A DNA stretch of 64,000 nucleotides from Octopus sinensis (taxonomy: Eukaryota): positions 1-64,000 of the forward strand of contig NW_021832576.1 of NCBI RefSeq assembly GCF_006345805.1. The letters run 5' to 3'. The translations under genes were made by a program, and so were the position numbers. Positions 26,276-40,376 of this stretch are shown here, one piece after another. The notes beneath the pieces were generated by a model. It had not been told where the DNA came from. It did no database searches and was given only the letters and a program-made list of their open reading frames with translations. Every line of letters starts with the position of its first letter. The first letter of the stretch is position 1.

Positions 26276-26412
26276 TTTTTTATTTATATACAAAATATAT
26301 ATTGAACTTTTATAGAAGTTCCTACCGTTACTGGTTATATTTACATGCCGAAATCAACCAATAAATAATTGTTGGTTTTTTTAAAAACCATTAAAGCTAT
26401 TGTTTATAATTT

Positions 26413-26491
<79 letters not shown>

Positions 26492-26713
26492 ACATACATA
26501 CATTGAAAGGTTTGGCAGTTACTTCAAATTCTCGTGTTGTTGTATGTATGTGTGGATGTATACCGGTTCGTGAAAAATTTCACAGAAAGCCAATAACCAT
26601 GGTAATAGTTTATTTTAGAATGACGCATGTATGTTTACATACATATACCAATATATATATGAATCTATCTATCTATCTATATATTTATCTATCTATTTAT
26701 ATTTCTACACACA

Positions 26714-26751
<38 letters not shown>

Positions 26752-26844
26752 ACACACACAGAGTTATATTTTTCTTGCAAAAGATACAGACCGCATAGAA
26801 GTGCGCAAGTCGCGCCTGAGACGTTAGACAATTATACTAAATGG

Positions 26845-27415
26845 AATGGAGAAAGTTTAAATCAGCTAAACCACAAAGAACACATATGTATACGATTTAA
26901 TTAAGATAAAAACTGTCCAGAAAGCATACATTGATATATTAAAAATACATATTAAAAATACATAAATATATTAATATTAAAAATATATATGGATATATCA
27001 ATGTATGAATATACAAACAGTAATAATTTAACGAAGTGTAGGATTGTAGATAAAAACGTTTTTAAAAAAAACAAATAATATAGTGAAGAGAAAATAATAA
27101 GCGTCAAAAAATATTCTAGGCTACATATTAAAAGAAATCCTATACTTCATTATATTATTATTATTATTATTATTATTATTTTATTATTATTATATTATTA
27201 TTATTATATTATTATTATTATGTTTGTATATTCATATATTTATATGCCCATATATATTTTTAGTATTCATATATTTTATGTTTTTACATTTATTTTTATA
27301 TGTAGTTTTTAATATATCAAAATAACTTTTTGAACAATTTTCATCTTAATCAAATCCGTGTATATATATATGTGTTCACTGTGGTTTACCTGATTTGAAC
27401 TTTCTCCATTTCATA
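26845..27415. repeat. AT-rich imperfect foldback element
   Basis: ggagaaagtttaaatcagctaaaccac...ttaagataaaaactgt is reverse-complementary to acaattttcatcttaa...gtggtttacctgatttgaactttctcc. Confidence 0.7.
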
Positions 27416-27449
27416 TATTATAAATGTCTATATATATATATATATATAG

Positions 27450-27484
<35 letters not shown>

Positions 27485-27739
27485 CAGTAAAAGGTTTAGC
27501 ATTTACTTCAAATATTCAGTTGCATTCATCAAGTAGTTTGTGGTGGAAGACAGCTAAACAAAAATATAGATGTAAATCTCAACCTCTTCCTCGTACAAGT
27601 TTAATAAATATGTTGCTGTACTGAGACTTATTCAATGTTTCTTTAATTAAATTTGAATATCTGTCAGTCTCTATATATACATACATACATACATGCTTAC
27701 ATACACACTATGTCTCTATGCGACGTAACGTTGTCGCAA

Positions 27740-28120
27740 GAACAATATGCAAAGACGTTCCGTAAAAAGAATGTCCTGGAATAAATAAAGAGATTCCCCC
27801 TGTTGTTATATACATACGAAAATACCAGGGTAAGGAACATTGCCATTAAATCATATGTCAAGGTTAAGCATCACAGACCAGATTTTGTTGTTTGGGACAG
27901 ACAAGAAAACGTATGTGCACGCATAGAGGTCAGATGTCTGGCTGGCGTGAATATCTATTCGAAAATCAAAGAGAAAATTAACTGCTTCGAACCCTCTAAC
28001 TTTATATCTGGATAACAAATTTACACTTATACCAATAATAATTGGAGCACTTGTTTTTTTTTTAACTAAATGCATAACTGCAAAGTCTGGATAAGAAAAC
28101 GAAATCAACCGACTCGCACA
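27740..28120 (+). pseudogene. Decayed RLE-domain LINE fragment (R2/R4-group)
   Basis: NIAIKSYVKVKHHRPDFVVWD...IEVRCLAGVNI..KIKEK and downstream IPIIIGAL. Confidence 0.65.
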
Positions 28121-28269
28121 TTGCAAATACAATCGGTAAAAATGTAACTGTAAACCTATGCAAGACTTCGCAGATTTAAACGTTACCTACATTCCAAAGA
28201 TTAAGATTTGTATTTTTGTTAGGAACCTGCTCCTTCTTCAGAGGAAGAATTTAAATGATTAAATATAGA

Positions 28270-28765
28270 GCAGACATACATACGTACGTACATACATACA
28301 TACAAACATACATACATACATGCATACATACATACATACATACATACATACATACATACATACATACATACATACATACATACACACACACATACATACA
28401 TACATGCATACATACATACAAACATACATACATACATACATACAAACATACAAACATACAAACATACATACAACATACATACATACATACTACATACATA
28501 CATACATACATACACACACACATACATACATACATGCATACATACATACATACATACAAACATACATACATACATACATACAAACATACAAACATACATA
28601 CATACATACATACATACATACATACATACACACACACATACATACATACATACATGCATACATACATACAAACATACATACATACATACATACATACATA
28701 CAAACATACAAACATACATACATACATACATACATACATACACACATACATACATACACACATAC
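28270..28765. repeat. (CATA)n compound microsatellite
   Basis: ~500 bp of CATA with CAAA, CACA and CATG variants; source of the spurious MYVC/HTYI ORFs. Confidence 0.95.
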
Positions 28766-30082
28766 TGTTGAATCGAATACTCTATTTTATGACCGTGAAG
28801 CAAACACTTAAACTCTCACTTCCAACAGTGTCTTAGCATTTACGCTTGTTCTTTTCTATAGATGTTTTTCTTTTTCTGGTAAACGCTAATGACAGATAAT
28901 GACACGGCGGTTATCTATAGATTCGTTAGCATGCTGGGCGAAGAGCTTAGCAGTATTCTGTCCGTCTCTCAGTCTCTGAGTTCATATTCCACCGAGGTCG
29001 ACTTTACTTTTCGTCCTTTCGGGTTTAAGAAACTAAATACCAGTTGAACACTGGGTTCGATGTAATCGACTTACCCTCTATCTCCAAATTGCTGGCCTTG
29101 TGTCAAACTTTCAAATCAATAATGCATAATTATAATCATTCTTGATTTGCTAAAAGAAGCACATTTAAAATAAGAAGATATTTGGGGTTTGATAATACAC
29201 GTCTCATTTCTAACATTAGATGTGATTTACTTAACTGCATTCACCTCTAAAACCTGCTATGGTAGAAAATATAATTCATTTAGTTTTGTTAAAATGTATA
29301 AAGAAAATGCAGTTAGTGGATTCCTACCTTATGCCAAAGCAAATATAAGCCTAAATGAACTGAACCTTATTCTGTTGCATATTGGGAAGGTCATTATGAC
29401 AATAATAATATACGCCCTGGCTATGTTTCACTTCTTTGATTACTATTAATCAATCGATTCATTTATCCAATTAACTAATCCTTTGTTTGATTAATCCGTC
29501 AATGACTGACGAACTCACTCACTCACTCACTCACTCACTCACTCACTCATTCACTCACTCAATCAATCAATCAATCAGCTAGGCTTTTCAAACTCTTTTC
29601 GTCACAACGCGCGACTTCCTAAACGATATGCTCTCTCTTCGGGACTGCCTCAGGGTGAATTGAACATTTTCCCTGTTAAGTTTTAATTTGCTTCAGTAAT
29701 TTTGCTGTATTGTGCAGTTCCCTCTTAGTTTAGTACAATTTACGCAAATAATAACTATAAATATCATATCAGATTGTGTCAGAAAGAAACAGTTGAGATT
29801 CCCATTAGCATGGAGTGTGAAAAATTTCTTTCGATAAAATATCTATAAATTGGATTTAATGTTGCCTCTTTTAATTGCCTAATTGACGGTGAAGTAGCAA
29901 ATAGATTTGTAATAAAATTTGCTTTATAAAATTTGCGAAGTTCTCAAATATAATGTATTATATTTTCATTTCATTTAGAACTCATTTCGTAAAATGATAT
30001 ATCTGGAAGAAGCCGTTGATATTTCTAAAGTGAAACTCATATACACAGTCGCATACAGACACGCATTGAACCAAAATAAACA

Positions 30083-30120
<38 letters not shown>

Positions 30121-30288
30121 CGCATGCGTATGCATGTGTAGATAAATAGACGTGTGTGTATACATATGTGTGTGTATACATATATATATATATATATATA
30201 TACATATCCACACTTACATATATATATATATATATATATATATTAAAGTAAGTATATATGTATACATATATGTATATATATATATATA

Positions 30289-30391
<103 letters not shown>

Positions 30392-31447
30392 ATATATACA
30401 TACATAGATACATTATATAATGTAATGTTCGTGATGGTAAGATGAACACAAATGTACTCCATATGGTGAGAGATAAATATTTATCACACATATATAAACA
30501 TACTAGAGGCATAAGAAAACAAACATATCTACATATATACATTTACGATAGCAAAATTAAAATCATCAGCAAACATATTTATATTGACAATTATGTTCTT
30601 GACGATCTTAATTTATTGGAAAGTAATATGAAATCAGTTGCTCCAGTCATTGTATGACGGCCATGTTAGTGCACTGGTTTCGCAGTTAGTCGATTATATC
30701 GATACCAGTAATTCTGATACTCATTCTGTCAATGATACCTGAAGAAGGATCGGTTCGATCAATCTTAAAAATCTTACCCGAAATTTTCCTTAAGGTTATG
30801 TCGGTAATCGTGGGAGTCCATTAACTGCTTAACTCATCTTCCAAACCCCATGATTCTCTGTTCCCCCTATCACTATTTTTTCTATTTCCAGCTTTAATGT
30901 ATCTCATATTACAATATCCCTCTCCGTTTTCTCTTGCTGACGCTGACAAGGTGTAATTTGAGAGATTTGGTTGCTATTTCTAGAAAGTTAAACAACCACA
31001 TATAGGATTTCCCTTTTGGTTCGCAAATACAGTCGTATCCGGCAGTGGTATGAGTGATATATAATACGTGGAATGATAGTTAACGATAATGATTCTGTAA
31101 TTGCTCCTTAAGGGACAGGCTCTGTGATATGAGGTGGTGGGCGATGTTTATGACATATCTATTAATGAATTATGTAACATGAAATATCTTTCTCTATCTA
31201 TGAAAGCCTTTAGCTATGAATGTTTTCTGCTGAGAGCGTTATATCCTACGGTGATCATCGAAAGAATATTAAATGTAATGAAAACTGTTGTAAAGTGGAT
31301 ATGATTTATTATGCAATATGATGTGAGTGGAATTTTACGAGTGGGTTTACAACGGAAGATGATGAATTTGAAACGATGAGAGACTGTGAGGTACAGTATG
31401 CGCGAACGAGTGATGAGCATAATGAAAGAATGATGAGGTAAAGAATG

Positions 31448-31513
<66 letters not shown>

Positions 31514-31518
31514 GTAGG

Positions 31519-31566
<48 letters not shown>

Positions 31567-31729
31567 AAGATAGAATTTTGGTAGGAGGCAAAAAGAGAGA
31601 TATGATAGTTAAAGAGATATATCATAATAAGGGAAAATATTCTGCTGCGGAAAGAGAAGAAACAAGATGTATGGAAAGAAGGAGCGATCTCAAGAGCAAT
31701 AAATAAGGCATAGAATAGAAAGAATAGTT

Positions 31730-32115
31730 TTGTAAGCAGCCACTTGGCGTGTGGTTGAGAATGTCGCTTGGCAACCAAACGGCTTGGAGTTCGATCTCAC
31801 TGTGAAGCAACCTGTCTTCTACAATAGCCCTGCTCGGGCCAACCAATGTCTTGTTTGTAAATTTGATAGAAAAACATTATGTCCATATACGTCCATATAC
31901 GTTTGTGTATGTGTGTGTGAATGTGTGCATGGGTTTGTGTGCGTTTGTCTGCATATCTTTATGTCTGTTCGTCTAACGTTTCCCACCTGGTATTAGTTAG
32001 TTTACTTTTACGACCCCTATATAAATATATAAGTATGAAACCTACAAATACGTGCTGGGATCGATTTGTTTGAGTGAACAGTTGAAGATGGGCCCCAACA
32101 AGGCCAGTCTTATGA
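31730..32115 (+). mobile_element. SINE family B, diverged
   Basis: ggcgtgtggttgagaatgtcgcttggcaacc...gagttcgatctcactg...gtcttctacaatagccctgctcgggccaacc, followed by the TG-rich middle and 3' part. Confidence 0.65.
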
Positions 32116-32520
32116 ATAGAAGGCGTACGTAAAAAATAAAATATAAGTCTAGCTAATTAGTAGCACGAAAAATAGCTTCAACAGAACGGTAGAGATAATG
32201 GAGAAGAGAAATAAAAAGAATAGTTATTGCTTTTGTCTCTCGTTTTTATGTTGTTATGATGAAAGTATTTTTATTGTGATATTAACTACACATTAAACAA
32301 ATTAAAGAAATGAAAGCTGTAATATCAGAATAGTGAGGAGATTTCTATATGGTGTGTATAAAAATATACGAGGGACGTTCAATAAGTAATGCCTCTGAAC
32401 CGCTTGCAGTTGTTTGATCATGTGCAGTCATGTATATCTTTATAGAGTAAGTGGCAAATTACAGCTCTGAACTAATTGTGGTTTCTGATTTACAGGTGTT
32501 TGAACCGAGTCAAGTGTGAA

Positions 32521-34182
32521 ATGGAGCCTGTTGAGTGTCGAGCAGTGATCCGGTTTTTGTATTTGAAAGGCGCACACCACGGAGATTTTTGATGAAATGA
32601 AAGTAACTTATGGTGATGATGCCCCCATATGACCTTGTAAAACGCTGGCAGTGAATTCAAACATGGTCGGAACTCTGTGGAAACAGCTCCCAGATCTGGT
32701 CGCCCCCTTCTGCCATTGATGAGGCATCTGTCCGTCAAGTTGAGGCTGCCATTTTGGAAGATCGACGCATAACTATTCGCCAAATAGCCCATGAGGTCAA
32801 GATTAGTACCGGGTCTGTGGAAACTATCATTCATGACCATTTGCATATGCAAAAGGTGTCTGCCAGATGGATTCCCAGGTTGCTCACGCCTTTCCAGAAG
32901 CAAGAACGCGTCGAGTGCACGAGGGTGAATTTGGAGATGTGCCAAGAAGATGAGTCAAAATTTTTCAAAAGACTGATTACACAGGATGAAACCTGGGTCC
33001 ATCACGATGATCCAGAGACCAAAGCCCAGTCAATGCAGTGGAAGCACCGTGACTCACCCCCTCCAAAGAAGGCAAGGGTGCAGCCCTCCGCTGGCAAGGT
33101 CATGCTCACAGTCTTCTGGGACCAGGACGGAGTAGTGATGACAGATTTCCTGGCAAAGGGTACCACAATTGCAGGAGCCTATTAATACTTTGAAATACTT
33201 TGAAAGGTTTCGGCCATTATTGGCCCAGGCCATGTCTAACTTAATAGCACCACCTGGTGAAGTCTTTCAAGTCAGAATTTGGGCACTATGGCCCACTCAA
33301 GTAGAGAGTTATTGTTTACAGAGACATATCCGGGTGTAGGGGGTTTATCCGGGATTTCTTGAGGAATCTGTCCAAAGACTTCTTGAACCCTATAGGGTCA
33401 GTTTCTGTTTTAATGTGTTTTGGGTTTGTGTAAAGAGAGCGGGGCCAATTGAGGTGAAATAATTGTGCCGTATTGGTTATGAGATGAGAGTGCGATTTTT
33501 GTTTTGGGCGGATGGCACGGGGCCCAAGCCTTGGATGTACCTTAAAGGTGATGCCAACATCATTTGGGCAATGCTGATGGAATATTTTCCACATCATGCA
33601 GATGATGTAGCGCTCACGACGACGTTGGAGAGAATAGAGTTTTAGCTTTTCTAGCCGACCCCAATAGTCGAGGCCTGTCATGCCATCTAATTTTTTTGTG
33701 ATTGCCCTTTGAGGTGCTTCAACTTTTATGATACCTTGTATTGTGTGGGGAGACCACAGTGGACAACAGTATTCAAGGTGGGGTCGGGCAAAAGTGGAGA
33801 AAAAGTATTATGCTTCACTTTTGAGGAAATTAAGAGAAGTTATCAAAATCAAGAGGCGGGGCAAGATCAGCAAAGCATCCTCCTCCTGCAGGACAACGCT
33901 CCGGTCCACAACTCGCTTGTCGCCAGATCAGAAGCACAGGCGTATGGCTATGAACTCCCCCCCTACTTTCCTGACCTTGCACCCTCTAATTTTCACCTCT
34001 TCCCAGTCATGAAGTTGTTTTTGAAAGGAAAGCGTTTCCCAGATGATGCAGCCTTGATTTCTGAAGTCGCGTTCAGGTTGGAGGACCAAGCTGGGGTCTT
34101 CTACAAAAACAGTCTCCAGAGCTGCATCAAACAATGGGAGAAATGCGTAACTCTGGGTGGTTCCTATGTAGAAAAAGACTAA
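32521..34182 (+). pseudogene. Mariner transposase, frameshifted and split
   Basis: ATG at 32521 (MEPVECRAVIRFLYLKG); WIPRLL (WVPHEL-like), ITQDETW, LLQDNAPVH and PDLAPSNFHLF motifs; ends GGSYVEKD*. Confidence 0.9.
33185..33805 (-). mobile_element. 5'-truncated CR1/L2-clade LINE 3' end inserted into the mariner
   Basis: RPHLEYCCPLWSP...LDYWGRLEKLKLYSLQRRRERY; 3' tail (TTTCAAAGTA)x2; TATTA duplicated at 33180-33184 and 33806-33810. Confidence 0.9.
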
Positions 34183-35832
34183 TAACTGTGCCAAGATTCG
34201 TTGCTCTACTTCTATGGGAAGTGGGTCAGGGGCATTACTTATTGAACGCCCCTCGTAGTACCTGATTGTTTGATATATAAAATGCTAGAAGATCTATTGG
34301 GCAATATGAGTACCATAGCGCAAAACACCGTTGTATTTGTAATTATTTGAAATGTGCAATGTTATATATGGCGTACGTTCTGTGTTCACATACATTTCCG
34401 CGATAGGTTATTTTTTATATAACCACAACCGACTATTTATTTGTGTAATACCATTTCACACCAGACATGTATGCCCATGTCATCACAGTATGTATGTGTG
34501 TATATGCATGCATGTATGTATGTGTGTGTGTGTGTGTTTTACTTCCGTATGTATGGGTGCATGTGTGCATATATATTATAACGCAAACATTTGGTAGCCG
34601 TTCATAAGCGCGGTAGTTTGGCCGAATGGCTTCAGAAAAATGCTTTGTGTCATTTTCGGGACCTTTTACGTTCCGTGTTCAAATACCTTATGATACCAGG
34701 GGAATACTGGGTACTATGGTTGAAGGTAACATCAAACGTTACTATCCGTGTATCTAAACCAGAAACCATAACGTAACAGTTTAGTAAAACTTTGAAAAAT
34801 AATTTATTGATAAGACACCTTTCAACTTAATTGTTCTAAGTAGTGCACAGTACAATACATGGATATATGTACTAATGTGTGTATGTTTGTATGTGTATTG
34901 CTATATGTGCGAGTGTTCATGTATATGGCGGGAGGATATAATGTCTAACTAATAAATGAATATATCTGAAAGGATTGAGCGCTCTATGATACGCCAAGGG
35001 ACATAATCAAGAGACATATCCAACGAATAGTTCAGTCAGAAAAGCATTTTTAAATGCTAATTCTTTCTAGACCTCTGCCGCATTAGATCTGCATGGCGGG
35101 GTACGTCACAGTCTGGCAGACAGATAACTGAAGGGTAATTCATGTAACTGTAATGTAGTTATGCTTCGTAATGCATACAAAGAAACTAATTTTATTAACG
35201 ACTGGGGAATAATCAAAATTTATTCTGCAAGCAAGGTTGTATGGTAGAAACGTTAGCACGGTAGGCGAAATCCTTAACGCTATTTCGTCTGGCGTTACGT
35301 TTTGAGTTCAAATTCCGCCGAGGTCGTCTTTGACTTTCATCCCTTCGGGGTCGATAAATTAAGTACCAGTCACGCACTGGGGTCGATGTAATCGACTTAA
35401 TACCTATGTCTGTCCTTGTTTGTCCCCTCTATGTTTAGCCCCTTGTGGATAGTAAAGGAATAGGTATAGGTGAAGTGGCGGCCGTGTGATTGACAAGCTC
35501 TCTTTGTAGTCACTTGGTTTCGGGTTCAATCCCATTCAGTGGCACCTTGGGCAAATATCTTCAATTATACGGCTGGACCGCATAATGCCTTTTGAGTGGA
35601 TTTGGTAGACGGAATCTGGGTTGAGTGAAAGTCTATCACACACACACACATACACACAAACACACACACACACACACACATACACACACACACATACATA
35701 CAGTAGACTTCGACGGTCTTCTGCACATTTATAGATGTGCGTGTATTAGTATTTGTCTCTTCGCCAATTTGTTTCGTCCCTGTAACTAGCAATTAATTTT
35801 AGTTATAGAAATTATAGCTTACTTTTAAATGT

Positions 35833-36262
35833 GCAGGAATGGTTGTGTGGTAAGTAGCTTGCTTGCCAACCACATGGTTCCGCGTTCAGTCTCACTGCGT
35901 GGCATCTTGGCCAAATGTCTTCTACTATAGCCTCAGACTGATCAAACCTTTGTGAGTGGATTTCGTAGACGGAAACTGAAAGACGTCCGTCATATATATA
36001 TGTGTGTGTGTGTATGTGTGTGTGTGTGTGTGTGTGTCTGTGTATGTTTGTGTGTCTGTGTTTGTCCCCCTAGCATTGCTTGACAATCTATGCTGGTGTG
36101 TTTATGTCCCCCGTCACTTAGCGGTTCGGCAAAAGAGACCGATAGAATAAGTACTGGGCTTACAAAGAACAAGTCCTGGAGTCGATTAGCTCGACGAAAG
36201 GTGGTGCTCCAGCATGGCCGCAGTCAAAGAACTGAAACAAGTAAAAGAGTAACAGAGTAAAG
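35833..36262 (+). mobile_element. SINE family B, near full length
   Basis: gcaggaatggttgtgtggtaagtagcttgcttgccaaccacatggttccgcgttcagtc...internal (TG)n...ccagcatggccgcagtcaaagaactgaaacaagtaaaagag. Other copies at 35470-35640 (+), 45265-45495 (-), 50195-50290 (-) and 61065-61455 (-). Confidence 0.85.
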
Positions 36263-37302
36263 AGTAGCATCCATATAATTATATATATTGTTGTGTAGTC
36301 ATTTAAATGGAGCATAATAAATTCCTATATATCACTAGTTACAGAATATATGAAAAGATGAATGGATAAATGGATAAAAAAACGCTGGTGTCTGGTTTGC
36401 AGTGACTAAACAAGATTAAGTACGTCAGAATAATGTCGCTGGTAGATGGAGCAAAATAATAATTTCAAATTATAGCACAAACTCAGAAAGGAAATAAACC
36501 GATTCCGTCGACCTCAGTAATTTACAAGCACAATAATTTATTGGCACAGTAAAGGAGAAGAGGAAAAGCTGACCACGGGAGGATTTGAAATCGTACGGTA
36601 AGGAATCGGAAGAAATATCACTAAGACAGCTCAGTGATACAGAGTGATCAGCTAGAGTTTGAGTTCAAATTTGTAGCAGCTTCCTGGCAAAGTCGTTGGT
36701 ACGTCGATCAAAATGCTTAGCGGCTTTTCTCCACCTTTACCACCTGATTTCAAATTCCGCCGAGGTTGACGTTCGATTTCACCTGTTTAAGGCAGCAAGC
36801 TGGCAGAATCGTTAGCATAACCGGGAAAAAATGCTTAGCATTTCATCCGTCTGCAGGTTCTGAGTTCAAATTCCGCCGAGGTTGATTTCTGCCTTACATC
36901 ATTTTCCGGTTGATAAAATGAATATCATATGAACACTGGGGTCGCTGTAAAGGTTTTAGTTCACCCTCGAAATCGCTGATCTTGTACCAAAATTTGAAAC
37001 CAATATCATTATTGTCACTACCGCCACCCGCACATACAACACGGCGAACACCATTTATTTCATCTGCGATGTATTGTCTAACAAAATTCACGTATTGGAG
37101 GAATAAATGCAATATCAAGAATTTAATACGCGAAATTAACATACGCGCACGCATACACGCACACACGTGCACACATATGCTCACACGCATGTATCTATGT
37201 ATATATGTACAACAAACAACGTATGTGTACACATGTCAATATACATATATACATATATGAATGCTCACATACATCTATATACATGCATACCTATGTAGCA
37301 TG

Positions 37303-37376
<74 letters not shown>

Positions 37377-37438
37377 ATTATATATGAAAAAACAAGTCAA
37401 AAATAGAAAATGCTAAGATGATTTTATAGTGAATCTTT

Positions 37439-37476
37439 CAGTACCGGTTTCGGTCATTTTGAGACCTTTTCAACTG
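37439..37476 (-). ncRNA. Minimal type-I hammerhead in the 3' pLTR, U3:A8 core variant
   Basis: Minus strand CAG-TTGAAAA-GGTC(tcaaaat)GACC-GAAA-C(CG)G-TA-CTG; palindromic stem III ACCGGT. Confidence 0.7.
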
Positions 37477-38020
37477 TAACGATTAAATAATTAAATTTTG
37501 AAAAATTTAGAAAAATTAGAAGAAAGGTTTTTTTAAAGGAATACTTCCATAGTAGTGTTCAGATATATGTGGCCTTCTGCCTTTCTCTGACGCCCTTGTT
37601 TGCACTTGTGTATTCGAGGTCGTTGTGAGTTCTTGAGGGGGTGGGAGTGGGAAAATCTGGGCTGGTCAGTGGCGACCGGCAGTCGCTGCGTAGGCGTTAT
37701 ACTTTAAGACATTAGTGGGGGTAGAAGGTGGAGAAGTAGAAGAAGAAGAAGATGACGGTGCCGATGATGATGACGATGAAGAAGAAGAAGGAGAAGGAGA
37801 AGATGACGATGATGATGGTGGTGATGACGATGACGACGATGATGATGATAACGATGATGATGAAGAAGGAGAAGAAGAGGGAGAAGAAGAAAAAAAAACA
37901 GAGAAGGGAGAATATGAATGGGTGAAGATATAGCTGTTTTGGGGCGATTAGTAATGGATTCTATGGAATGTAATATTTGTGTGTGTATATATATTTCTTT
38001 TATTCTTAAGTTGAGCTATA

Positions 38021-40376
38021 TTAATTGTTTGTCGTAGACCCGTTAAGAAGTGGCCTGTATTTTATAATAAAGAGATTTTCTTTACTTATTCGTTGTCTCG
38101 AGGTTGTATCGTCCCTAAATTGGTAGAGGGGGAAAATTCTGAAGTTTGGTGTTTTTTTGTTGGCGCAAGTATCTATGTGTTGGCTAAAAGCTATTTTTCT
38201 GTTTTGGGGAATTTTTATCTGGGATCTGTGCAGGGCCATTCGTTTACGCAAACCATTTTTGTTTGGCCTATGTACTGCTCTTGACACCCGGAGCAGGTTA
38301 GTGAGTATATTAGGTTCTCCGAAGCACATGTGAAGTTGCTTTTCACTGTAAACCGTTGTCCCTGTTTGAAGGAGAACTCAGAACCCTCGATTAGATAGTC
38401 GCATATCCCGCAATTGGGTCTTCCACATTTTTTTACTGTCGGCTTCTGTGTTGAAGAGTGAATTCGGGCTTGTGTTAGAAGACTTTTCATGGATCTAGGC
38501 TGTCTTTTGCTTTTTATGATCGTGTGTGTTTGGAGGATTGTGTTCATTCTGTGGTCTTTTTTAGGAGGGGTATGTTGTGGAGGATGGTGCCGAAGGCTTC
38601 GTTATTGAGAGGGTTGTGTGTGGAGATGTATGGTAAGGCTTTTGGTTGTAAGTTTTTCTTTGATTTGGGATGTCTCAGTTCCTTGATGTTAAGTTGAAGG
38701 GCACGTTGAATGCACTGTCAATAAGTGAAGGTGGATAGTTCCTGGTGATAAGGGTATCTTTTAGTTCTTGTAGTCGTGTGTCTCTGGTGTTTGCGTTAGA
38801 GACTATAGTGCATATCCTTTTTGCTAGATTGAAGGGGATATTCATCCTAGTGTGTCTGGGGTGGCATGAATTGAATGGAAGATATTGCTTAGAGTCTGTA
38901 GGTTTATAGTATATGTCTGTTTCTATTATATTATTAGCTTTCTTAATGAGGATATCGAGGAAGGTAAGTTGTTGCTGGCTATATTCCATCGTGAATTGGA
39001 TGTTTACGTCCAGCCCGTTTAAAATTTCCTGGAATTCTATGAGTTTTTCTATATTTTTATGCCAAAGAATGAAACAGTCATCTAGGTATCTCTTCCAGTT
39101 GTTTTCTATGTAGATGGAGAAAGGGCTGCCATATCTTTCTAGAACCTTACGATATAGACTGATCTCTAGGTATCCTATGACTAGGTTGGCAAAGGAGGGG
39201 GCCATTCGTGTACCCATCGCAGTCCCCGATTTTTGTCGGTAGAAGTTGTCATTGAAGGCGAAGAAGTTATTTTCCAGGATGAATTTAACCCCTTCTATCA
39301 CGAATTCTTTTTTGATGCGGTGTGGTAGTTCGTTGGCGTGATTCTCTAGCCAGAATTGGATTGCCTCTAGTCCTAGGTTGTGGGGGATATTGGAGTAGAG
39401 GTTGACTACATCGAAGGATACCAGTATGGTGTTTTGGTTTATAGTATTCGGTAGGTGATTGAGCATATCTAAGTCGTCCCTTATATAGCTTTTGACATGT
39501 TTGAGGAGTGGTTTTAACAGGGTGTCTAAAAAGTTACTGAGGCGGTGGGTTTCGCATGCGGACCTGCTATTATGGGTCTCAATTTGAGGTCGTTAGGATT
39601 AGGGACTTTAATTATTTTGTCTGTGGCTATCTTGCATGCGTTGCTTATTTTTTCACTTTTGTGGATCTTAGGTATACCGTAGAATTGGCTAGTTTTACTT
39701 GTGAAATTGGTCATATAATCATATTCTTTGTCGGTGAGCCCTGCTTTGTATGGGTTAAATATGGATTTTAGTTCCCTCATTATTTTTTGTTGACTGTAGT
39801 TTTGTGCCTTTTCATAGTATGTTGTGTCTTCCAGCATAGAAAGAACCAAGGTTATGTAAAAAGTCGTATCCATTAAGACAACAGCACTCCCTTTATCGGC
39901 CTCTTTGATTGTTATTGTTTTATCTTGTTTTAATTTGTTCAACTCAGCCCATTCTTTTTTGCTGAAGTTTGGTTTGTGTTTTTGTTTGTGCATATGTTGA
40001 TATGGGTAATTAGATATGTGGTCACAGAAATCATCAAGTGTTTTGTTCTTACCTTTCGAGGGGGTGTAGTTACTCCTATTTCTGGCTAACGATTCGTCCT
40101 CGTTGTATTTATCGTATAGCTCCTCAGTAAGTCTTAATTTTCTGCAGAATTCTGCGATGTCTTCTTTCATTTCGTTGTAGTTGGGGTGTTGTGGGGTGGG
40201 TGTAAACTTGAGTCCTTTGGAAAGTATGTTTATTTGGTTTGCTGTTAGTTCCTTGTGAGTTAGATTGATAATTTTTATTACTTTTGGTTCCTCCTGCTTG
40301 TTTGGTGCTATCTTGTGTCCCTGTGTTTGCGTATTGGGTCTAAAAAATGAATGCGGTGGTTGGGACGGTAGCTGTT
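38021..40376 (-). pseudogene. PLE RT, Cys linker and GIY-YIG endonuclease region with three 1-nt frame breaks (~39560, ~38707, ~38255)
   Basis: INLTHKELTANQINILSKGLKFTPTP; LRPIIAG; VSFDVVNLYSNIP; GTAMGTRMAPSFANL; RYLDDCF; YYKPTD..YLPFNSCHP; CGRPNCGIC linker; NLIYSLTCSGCQEQYIGQT with two His (ALHRSQ, SQHID). Confidence 0.92.

Larger units (their letters stand above)
32369..34255 (+). mobile_element. Mariner DNA transposon (DD34D-type), interrupted by a LINE
   Basis: 30 bp TIRs cgagggacgttcaataagtaatgcctctga / tcaggggcattacttattgaacgcccctcg (2 mismatches); TA at 32367-68 and 34256-57. Confidence 0.95.

Noticed and set aside
37715-37933. 72 aa acidic D/E ORF (repeated at 41940-42158)
   Set aside because: It is an antisense reading of a (TCA/TCT)n tract in the PLE 3' UTR, starts at GTG, and has no domain.
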